Positions 57,233-64,000 of a DNA stretch of 64,000 nt are shown here, one piece after another. Origin of the DNA: Flavobacteriaceae bacterium. Lineage in GTDB: Bacteria > Bacteroidota > Bacteroidia > Flavobacteriales > Flavobacteriaceae. A program made the position numbers and the translations under genes. The notes beneath the pieces were generated by a model. That model was not told the DNA's origin. It ran no database searches and was given only the letters and a program-made list of their open reading frames with translations. The number at the start of each line of letters is the position of its first letter. Position 1 is the first letter of the stretch. The stretch covers positions 11,268-75,267 of the forward strand of contig CANKZI010000006.1 in assembly GCA_947488595.1 (NCBI GenBank). Direction: 5' to 3'.

Positions 57233-58159
57233 ATGTCAAATTCTACTTTTTCCATTTTAATTTGTACCAAAAACCGAATCCATGATTTGTTGCTTACTTT
57301 GAATAGTATTAATTATTTATTGGAAAATGATAATGTTAATTGCGTGATTTTTGATGACGGTTCTACTGATGGCACTTTTAATTATATAAAAGTTAATTTT
57401 CCTCAAATTCAACTTCAGAGAAATGAAATTAGCAAAGGTCTAATTTTTTGTAGGAATAAAATGCTCAATGAAACCAAGGCGCAATTTGCCATTTCTCTTG
57501 ACGATGATGCTCATTTTTTGACAGAAAATCCTTTAGAATCCATACAAAAACATTTTGAAAATCATCAAGAATGTGGCTTAATCGCATTGCGTATTTTTTG
57601 GGGATTATCAGCCCCAGAAAACACAATTTCAAACGATAATCCAAATAGAGTGCAAGGTTTTGTGGGTTGTGGACATGCTTGGAGAATGTCGGCGTGGCGC
57701 ACGATTCCAAACTATCCGTCTTGGTTTATTTTTTATGGAGAAGAAGAATTCGCATCCTATCAGTTGTTTTTAAAAAAGTGGGAAATTCATTATTTGCCAG
57801 AAGTACTAGTGCACCATAGGGTTGATGTGAAATCTAGAAAAAAGAACGCCGACTACGCGATCCGACTTCAAAGATCCTTAAGGGCGGGCTGGTATTTGAT
57901 GTTTTTATTTTATCCATTAGCAAAAATTCCGAAATTATTAATTTACTCATTGTGGATTCAACTAAAATTAAAAGTTTTTAAAGGCGATTGGAGAGCGTTA
58001 AAGGCAATTCTTCTGGCTTTAGTAGATCTAATGATTTCAATTCCCAGAATTATTGTAAATTGCAATCGCTTATCACATAAAGAATATGATGAGTACCAAA
58101 ATATTCCTGGTGCAAAGATTTATTGGCAACCTAATTCAATGAAAAGTGAAGAATTATAA
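57233..58159 (+). CDS. family 2 glycosyltransferase with C-terminal hydrophobic region
   Basis: SILICTKNR...VIFDDGSTDGT...LDDDA. Confidence 0.85.
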   Translation: MSNSTFSILICTKNRIHDLLLTLNSINYLLENDNVNCVIFDDGSTDGTFNYIKVNFPQIQLQRNEISKGLIFCRNKMLNETKAQFAISLDDDAHFLTENPLESIQKHFENHQECGLIALRIFWGLSAPENTISNDNPNRVQGFVGCGHAWRMSAWRTIPNYPSWFIFYGEEEFASYQLFLKKWEIHYLPEVLVHHRVDVKSRKKNADYAIRLQRSLRAGWYLMFLFYPLAKIPKLLIYSLWIQLKLKVFKGDWRALKAILLALVDLMISIPRIIVNCNRLSHKEYDEYQNIPGAKIYWQPNSMKSEEL

Positions 58160-58799
58160 AAATATAGATAGAGGGAAATGGGCGGAACAAAAGTTATCTG
58201 AAGTCCTCAATCAACTTCCGAACACAACTGTGAGTGATATCGGTTCTGGTTTTGGTTGGTTTGGTCCAATTATTGAAAAATTTAATTTACACTGGCAACC
58301 CTTTGATTATGTAAGAAAAATTGAGCAGTCCACAATTTGGGATCTAAATAATCCTGTTCCAGATAATATGAAAAGACCAGGGTTTGTCATTTTTTTAGAA
58401 GTTTTGGAGCACCTATCCAATCCAGAATTAGGTATTCGTAATATTGCAAATCACATGGAAATTGGAAGTTTTATGGCGCTGACAACGCCAAATCCTTTAT
58501 GTGTCGAATCTAAGTTAAGTATGATTTTCAAGAATAATCTTTCTTCTTTTCAACCAAAGCATTTAATAGAACATCATGTTTATGTACCCTTGCCACATGT
58601 AGTCAAGTTCCATCTTGAAAACAATGGTTTCGAGATTATTGAATTTGCGACTATCGGAAATATTCATTTCCCACCTTTTACATTTAGTTTCCGCTATGTA
58701 AACGCATTAATTCATTATAGTTTGATGCGATTGTTGATTGTTTTTCGATCCGAATCAAGAGGAAGCACACAGGCTTTTTTTGTAAAAAAAATAAAATAG
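58146..58799 (+). CDS. class I SAM-dependent methyltransferase
   Basis: Motif I VSDIGSGFGWFG and post-I acidic residue pattern. GTG start overlapping the previous gene. Confidence 0.7.
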   Translation: MKNYKNIDRGKWAEQKLSEVLNQLPNTTVSDIGSGFGWFGPIIEKFNLHWQPFDYVRKIEQSTIWDLNNPVPDNMKRPGFVIFLEVLEHLSNPELGIRNIANHMEIGSFMALTTPNPLCVESKLSMIFKNNLSSFQPKHLIEHHVYVPLPHVVKFHLENNGFEIIEFATIGNIHFPPFTFSFRYVNALIHYSLMRLLIVFRSESRGSTQAFFVKKIK

Positions 58800-58863
58800 A
58801 ATCATCACTTTGCTTTAAAATTAAGAAAAATAATAAAGGAACGAAACTGCATTTAATAATTAG

Positions 58864-58871
58864 TACTTTTG
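58864..58871 (+). promoter_or_regulatory. candidate internal -7 promoter box (TACTTTTG) for neuBCA
   Basis: Matches TAnnTTTG, 25 nt upstream of the ATG at 58896, in a 96-bp spacer. Confidence 0.35.
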
Positions 58872-58895
58872 AAATGATAATATACAGATAATTAT

Positions 58896-59912
58896 ATGTT
58901 TTCTATTAAAGATAAACCCTATATCATTGCCGAAATCGGTCAAGCGCACGAAGGTAGTTTGGGTATTTTGTATAGTTATATTGATGCTATTGCCAAAACC
59001 GGTGTTGATGCAGTTAAATTTCAAATGCACATTGCCGAAGCCGAAAGCAGTGACAAAGAACCTTTTCGAGTAGCCTTTTCATTAGAAGACAAAACGCGAT
59101 TTGATTATTGGCAAAGAATGGGTTTTACGCTTGAACAATGGAAAGGTATCAAAAAGCATTGTGACTCCCTGAGTTTGGATTTTATTTGTTCCCCATTTAG
59201 CAATTTAGCGGTTGATTGGCTTGAAGAAATAGGCCAAAAATATTATAAAATTGGTTCTGGTGAAGTCAATAATTTTTTGATGCTTGAAAAAATTGCCAAA
59301 ACAGGAAAGCCAGTAATTATTTCGTCAGGAATGAGTTCTCTTTCCGAATTAGACAAAACAATAGCTTTTTTAAAGGCAAAAAATGTCGAAATAGCTATAT
59401 TGCAATGCACAACCGCCTATCCAACACAACCAGAACAATACGGACTTAACATGATTCAAGAGTTAAAAGCAAAATATCAAATTCCGGTTGGCTTTTCTGA
59501 TCACTCTGCCAAAACCGAAACTTGTATTGCCGCCGTCGCTTTGGGTGCTGAAATTATCGAATTTCATGTGGTTTTTGACCGAGATATGTTTGGACCAGAT
59601 TCAAAATCATCATTGACTATTAGTGAAACAAAAAGTTTGGTTGCCGCTGTCAGGAATATCGCAAAAGCATTGCAGCATCCAATTGATAAAAGCAGTACCT
59701 CCGAATTTAATTCGCTTAAACAAATTTTTGAAAAATCATTGTCAGTTAATAAAGATTTACCAATAAATCACACCATTAGTTTTGCCGATTTGGAAGCAAA
59801 AAAGCCTAAAAATCATGGTATTTTAGCTGGTAAATTTCAAGATGTAATTGGTAAAAAACTAAAATTTGAGAAAAAAAAGTGGGATTTTTTAAACGATGAA
59901 GATTTGATATGA
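58896..59912 (+). CDS. neuB: N-acetylneuraminate (nonulosonate) synthase, NeuB family with SAF domain
   Basis: PYIIAEIGQAHEGS N-terminus, TIM-barrel NeuB pattern and a C-terminal SAF/antifreeze-like domain. Confidence 0.88.
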   Translation: MFSIKDKPYIIAEIGQAHEGSLGILYSYIDAIAKTGVDAVKFQMHIAEAESSDKEPFRVAFSLEDKTRFDYWQRMGFTLEQWKGIKKHCDSLSLDFICSPFSNLAVDWLEEIGQKYYKIGSGEVNNFLMLEKIAKTGKPVIISSGMSSLSELDKTIAFLKAKNVEIAILQCTTAYPTQPEQYGLNMIQELKAKYQIPVGFSDHSAKTETCIAAVALGAEIIEFHVVFDRDMFGPDSKSSLTISETKSLVAAVRNIAKALQHPIDKSSTSEFNSLKQIFEKSLSVNKDLPINHTISFADLEAKKPKNHGILAGKFQDVIGKKLKFEKKKWDFLNDEDLI

Positions 59913-61069
59913 GCCCAAAAAGAAAAATATGTGTTGTAATTACTGCTAGGCCATCCTATAGCAGGATTAAAACTGTTTTACAAGCCATACAAAAGCATGA
60001 AAAATTGGAATTGCAATTAGTGGTGGCGGGTTCAGCGTTATTGGACCGCTATGGAACTGCAGTAGATTATATAGAAAAAGATGGATTTATAATCAACGAA
60101 AAAGTGTTTATGGTACTCGAAGGCGAAAATCCAACAGCAATGGCAAAAACTACTGGTTTGGCTGTGATGGAATTGTCAACTGTTTTTTATAATTTAAAAC
60201 CTGATGCGGTTGTAACAATTGCCGATAGATTTGAAACTATTGCTACATCAATAGCCGCATCTTTTCAAAATATTCCGTTGGTGCACATTCAAGGTGGAGA
60301 GGTTACCGGAAATATTGATGAAAAAGTGCGTCATGCCAATACCAAATTGGCTGATTTGCATTTGGTAGCTTCCGAAGATGCGAAAGAGCGTGTAATAAAA
60401 ATGGGCGAAAATCCCGAGATGGTCATCAACACAGGTTGTCCATCAATTGATTTGGCCAAGGCAATTCTAGCCAATCCCAATCCCAATTTTAATCCAATTG
60501 CCAAATATGGTGGTGTTGGTCAAGCCGAAAACTGGAAAGATGGCTATTTAGTAGTCATGCAGCATCCAGTTACTTCAGAATATGCCAATGCCAAAGCCGA
60601 TATTGATAAAACACTTATTGCAATTGACGCGCTTCAAATACCTACTTTTTGGTTTTGGCCTAATGTAGATGCTGGTGCCGACGGTACTTCAAATGGTATT
60701 CGGTCTTATAGAGAAAAACACAATCCAAAAAACATTTTGTTTTTTAAAAATATGGAACCGAGTGATTTTTTGCATCTAATCAAAAATGCCAAATGTTTGA
60801 TTGGCAATTCTAGTGTTGGAATTCGCGAAAGTTCTTATTTAGGCGTTCCAGTTGTTAATATTGGATCGCGGCAAAACCGAAGATTGCGTGGAAAAAATGT
60901 TATTGATGTCGATTATGATGTCAATCTAATTACAAATGCTATTCGATTGCACCTGAATTCAGCAAAGCAGGAAAGCGAATTGCTTTATGGTGATGGCGCT
61001 TCGGGACAACGAATTGCTAATATTTTAGCAGAGCATACTCTGACATATCACAAAACAATTAATTATTAA
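59909..61069 (+). CDS. neuC: UDP-N-acetylglucosamine 2-epimerase (hydrolysing), NeuC family
   Basis: RKICVVITARPSY N-terminus and the VHIQGGEVTG catalytic region. ATGA overlap with neuB. Confidence 0.85.
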   Translation: MSPKRKICVVITARPSYSRIKTVLQAIQKHEKLELQLVVAGSALLDRYGTAVDYIEKDGFIINEKVFMVLEGENPTAMAKTTGLAVMELSTVFYNLKPDAVVTIADRFETIATSIAASFQNIPLVHIQGGEVTGNIDEKVRHANTKLADLHLVASEDAKERVIKMGENPEMVINTGCPSIDLAKAILANPNPNFNPIAKYGGVGQAENWKDGYLVVMQHPVTSEYANAKADIDKTLIAIDALQIPTFWFWPNVDAGADGTSNGIRSYREKHNPKNILFFKNMEPSDFLHLIKNAKCLIGNSSVGIRESSYLGVPVVNIGSRQNRRLRGKNVIDVDYDVNLITNAIRLHLNSAKQESELLYGDGASGQRIANILAEHTLTYHKTINY

Positions 61070-61761
61070 TGAAAATTTTAGCCATAATTCCAGCACGTGG
61101 CGGATCAAAAGGCGTTCCCGGAAAAAACATTAAGTTGTTGAATGGTAAACCTTTGCTCGCTTATACGACTGAAGTTGCGCTCCAATCACAATTGCTATCG
61201 AAAGTAATTCTATCTAGCGATGATTATCAAATAATTGAAACGGCAAAAAACTTGGGCGTTGAGGTTCCGTTTGTTAGACCCGCTGAACTTTCCCAAGACG
61301 ATTCGCCAACAATCAATTTGGTACTTCATGCCTTAAAATGGTTCGAAAAAAAAAATATTATTTTTGATGCCATTTGTTTGTTACAGCCTACAAGTCCTTT
61401 TCGAACGGTGGATTTTTTGGATAATGCAATTAAAAAATTTATTGAAAGTGGATGCGATTCATTAGTTTCTGTTCTAAAGGTACCTCATGAATTCAATCCA
61501 CACTGGACTTTTGAAGTAAATGAAAAGGGCAATTTAAAAATCGCTACCGGAGAATCAAACATTATTGGTAGACGCCAGGATCTTCCTCAAACTTATCACC
61601 GCGACGGTAGTATTTATATAGTGAAAACAGCTGTCGTATTGAAAAAGAACTCTTTGTATGGAGAGAAAATAGCTTTTATTGAATCACCACAAGAATGCTA
61701 TGCCAATATCGACACGATTTCAGATTGGGATAAAGCAGAAATATTGAGTAAGAAATTTTAA
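61069..61761 (+). CDS. neuA: acylneuraminate cytidylyltransferase (CMP-nonulosonate synthetase)
   Basis: AIIPARGGSKGVPGKN signature. TAATG overlap with neuC. Confidence 0.9.
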   Translation: MKILAIIPARGGSKGVPGKNIKLLNGKPLLAYTTEVALQSQLLSKVILSSDDYQIIETAKNLGVEVPFVRPAELSQDDSPTINLVLHALKWFEKKNIIFDAICLLQPTSPFRTVDFLDNAIKKFIESGCDSLVSVLKVPHEFNPHWTFEVNEKGNLKIATGESNIIGRRQDLPQTYHRDGSIYIVKTAVVLKKNSLYGEKIAFIESPQECYANIDTISDWDKAEILSKKF

Positions 61762-61771
61762 AAAATAATTG

Positions 61772-62413
61772 ATGAAAAAAGATGTAATAGCTATTGCGAC
61801 CTATAAATATTTTTCAGGTTTAGAAGGAAACCAACATATAGCCTCCGAATTTGCTTTGAAGAAATTGAATGAAATCATTCATAATTTTAAAGTAAAAAGT
61901 ATATTAGAATTGGGTTTGGGTATCGGGTCAATATCTTATTCTGTTTTGGAGTTTTCAAGCAAAATAAATAATCCAGTCAAGTATATCGGAACCGAATCTA
62001 ACGATTTCTGTTTAAGTGTTTTACCAAATTATTTAAAACTTCATTTTAATAAAATTCGAATTTTCGAAAAACTAGATGATGTCCCTGCAACACAAAAATT
62101 TGATCTAGTGATTATCGACGGCAAAGAAGAAAATTTGATAAAACTGAAAAATTTGATGAGTGAAAAAGGAATAATTGTAATTGAAGGTGACCGTCTGCCA
62201 CAACTTGAAATGATTAAGGAAATTTTCACAAAATCATTATATACCAGAGTAGTTTCTAATTATCGAAGTCCTAATTATGGCCCTTTTCCTTCAAATGATT
62301 GGTGCGGTGGAATTCAATTGGTTTTTATCAATCCAGATTGGCAGCAGAAAATGAGTTTTATAAAATATAAAATATATACGGCCATTAACTATAGATTACG
62401 AACAGTTAATTAA
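61772..62413 (+). CDS. putative class I SAM-dependent (O-)methyltransferase-like protein
   Basis: ILELGLGIGS motif I and the downstream FDLVIIDG acidic motif. The ATG at 61772 is one codon after the listed TTG. Confidence 0.5.
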   Translation: MKKDVIAIATYKYFSGLEGNQHIASEFALKKLNEIIHNFKVKSILELGLGIGSISYSVLEFSSKINNPVKYIGTESNDFCLSVLPNYLKLHFNKIRIFEKLDDVPATQKFDLVIIDGKEENLIKLKNLMSEKGIIVIEGDRLPQLEMIKEIFTKSLYTRVVSNYRSPNYGPFPSNDWCGGIQLVFINPDWQQKMSFIKYKIYTAINYRLRTVN

Positions 62414-62420
62414 CTAAAGG

Positions 62421-64000
62421 ATGTGCGGAATTACAGGCATAATAGGAAATTTTAGCGCCAATCAATTGAATTTAATGCTTGCAAGTCAGTCGCACCGCGG
62501 GCCTGATGCTACTGGCCAATATTTCGACTCCAATTATGCTGCTTTAGGACATAATCGCCTTGCTATTATTGATTTGTCTCCACAATCCAATCAGCCTTTT
62601 TTGGATGAATCAGGGCGTTTTGTTTTGGTTTTTAACGGCGAAATTTACAATTACATAGAACTAAAAAAAGAGTTAGAACCTAATTATCAATTTAAGACAC
62701 AATCGGATACCGAAGTTTTGTTGGCCGCTTTTATTGTTTATGGAAACCAATGTTTGTCAAAGCTCAATGGCATGTTTGCTTTTGCAATATGGGACAACCG
62801 CGACAAAAAACTTTTTGCTGCCAGGGATAGGTTTGGTGTAAAGCCTTTTTATTATAATTTGACTAATGGAACGTTCCTTTTTTCATCAGAAATAAAAGCG
62901 ATTCACGCAGCGGGCATTTCAAAAAATCCGAACCAAAAAGTTTGGGCGTCTTATTTTGCTTATGGTTCTTATGGTGCAATTGATGAAACTTTTTGGGAAT
63001 CTGTACAACAACTTCCAGGAGGACATTTTTTAGAATTCGAGAAGGAGCAACTTCACATAGAAAAATGGTATTTTTTTGAAGAAGCCATAGCAAAACAACC
63101 CAAGAATTGGTCTTATGATAAAGCCAAAAAACATTATTTATTACTTTTAAAAGATGCTATAAATTTGCGATTCAGAGCCGATGTTGGTGTTGGTTTTAAT
63201 TTAAGTGGTGGGTTGGACAGCTCGATTTTATTGACTTTAATTAATGATCAGAACCCTAAAAACAGTAATATTAATGCCTATACTTTTTATACCAATAATG
63301 CCGATTATGATGAGTTGCCTTGGGTTGAAAATATGATAGCAATGACCAAAAATCCATTAAAGAAAATCTTGTTAACAGCAACTGAAGTACCTAATTTTAA
63401 TAACAAAATTCAATACTTTCAAGACGAACCTTTTGGTGGAATTCCTACTTTGGCGTATGCTAAAATTTTTGAACAATCCAGAAAAGATCATGTTTTGGTT
63501 TTGCTTGACGGTCAAGGCATGGACGAGCAATGGGCAGGATATGACTATTATATACAATCCAATGAAGCAACGATTCAGGGTGTAGTTGATTCGCCTTATA
63601 AAACCAATATGCTTTCCGATTCATTTTTAGCATTGGCACAAAAACCAGTGTATCCAAAACCTTTTGAAGACGAAATATTGAACAAGCAATACCGCGATTT
63701 GTTTTATACTAAAATTCCTCGGGCATTGCGATTCAATGACCGGGTTTCTATGGCTTTTTCAACTGAATTAAGAGAACCTTTTTTGGATTATCGTTTGGTT
63801 GAATTTGCTTTTTCATTGCCATTGGATTTTAAAATAAAAAATGGCATTACTAAATTCATGTTGCGTGAAATTGCTTCAGAATATTTGTCGGATGATTTGG
63901 TTTTCGCACCAAAAAGGTCGTTGCAAACACCTCAAAGAGAATGGCTTGCAGATGATTTAAAAGATTGGGTTGCAGCATCTTTTGCAGCAATTGAACACTC
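62421..64000 (+). CDS. asnB: asparagine synthase (glutamine-hydrolysing)-like amidotransferase, 3'-truncated by the window edge
   Basis: Not in the ORF track. My own translation from the ATG at 62421 gives MCGITGIIGNF...HRGPDA...LGHNRLAIIDLS...LVFNGEIYNY...SDTEVLL...RDRFGVKPFYY, then the SGGLDSS PP-loop. The frame stays open to nt 64000. Confidence 0.9.
   Translation, partial: MCGITGIIGNFSANQLNLMLASQSHRGPDATGQYFDSNYAALGHNRLAIIDLSPQSNQPFLDESGRFVLVFNGEIYNYIELKKELEPNYQFKTQSDTEVLLAAFIVYGNQCLSKLNGMFAFAIWDNRDKKLFAARDRFGVKPFYYNLTNGTFLFSSEIKAIHAAGISKNPNQKVWASYFAYGSYGAIDETFWESVQQLPGGHFLEFEKEQLHIEKWYFFEEAIAKQPKNWSYDKAKKHYLLLLKDAINLRFRADVGVGFNLSGGLDSSILLTLINDQNPKNSNINAYTFYTNNADYDELPWVENMIAMTKNPLKKILLTATEVPNFNNKIQYFQDEPFGGIPTLAYAKIFEQSRKDHVLVLLDGQGMDEQWAGYDYYIQSNEATIQGVVDSPYKTNMLSDSFLALAQKPVYPKPFEDEILNKQYRDLFYTKIPRALRFNDRVSMAFSTELREPFLDYRLVEFAFSLPLDFKIKNGITKFMLREIASEYLSDDLVFAPKRSLQTPQREWLADDLKDWVAASFAAIEH

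Noticed and set aside
1-64000. Scanned for CRISPR arrays, transposases, integrases, phage genes, rRNA, toxin-antitoxin pairs and recognisable defence-system ATPases or nucleases.
   Set aside because: None found. There are no regularly spaced direct repeats, no IS-like inverted-repeat-flanked ORFs and no integrase next to the tRNA-Thr gene. All large ORFs are accounted for by metabolic, envelope or housekeeping families.

Overview
This is a low-GC, gene-dense chromosomal segment that looks like a Flavobacteriia (Bacteroidota) genome. The taxon call rests on protein families such as DUF4369 and DUF2279, and on recurrent TAnnTTTG -7 promoter boxes. The window contains dnaA and is mostly housekeeping: partial aconitase, long-form GAPDH, HtrA, DapF, MltG, RibD, PrmC, HisS, LptB, TatC, KpsF, RecQ, Idi, QueD, ManA, AlkB and one tRNA-Thr(UGU). 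I found no transposase, integrase, CRISPR array, rRNA or recognisable defence system. Four regions deserve attention. (1) nt 1923-6739 holds a stand-alone, non-canonical cbb3-type oxidase module behind an Fe-S-type Rrf2 regulator. Its CcoN carries a duplicated ~250-aa N-terminal extension, and its CcoO is fused to an extra cytochrome c domain. (2) nt 43843-46443 is a tightly packed four-gene operon of unknown function: DUF2089 zinc-ribbon/HTH protein, polytopic membrane protein, small PH-like protein and secreted alpha/beta hydrolase. (3) nt 46723-47333 holds tandem diverged DUF2805/TIGR03643-like paralogues separated by a hairpin terminator. (4) nt 50382-64000 is an ABC-transporter (Wzm/Wzt)-dependent glycan locus with six glycosyltransferases, three methyltransferase-like genes, a translationally coupled neuB-neuC-neuA cassette and an AsnB-like amidotransferase. 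The AsnB-like gene runs off the window and is missing from the ORF track. Several ORF-track starts appear too long, judged from promoter boxes or terminators that lie inside the extensions. All functional calls come from motif recognition by eye. No database search was run.
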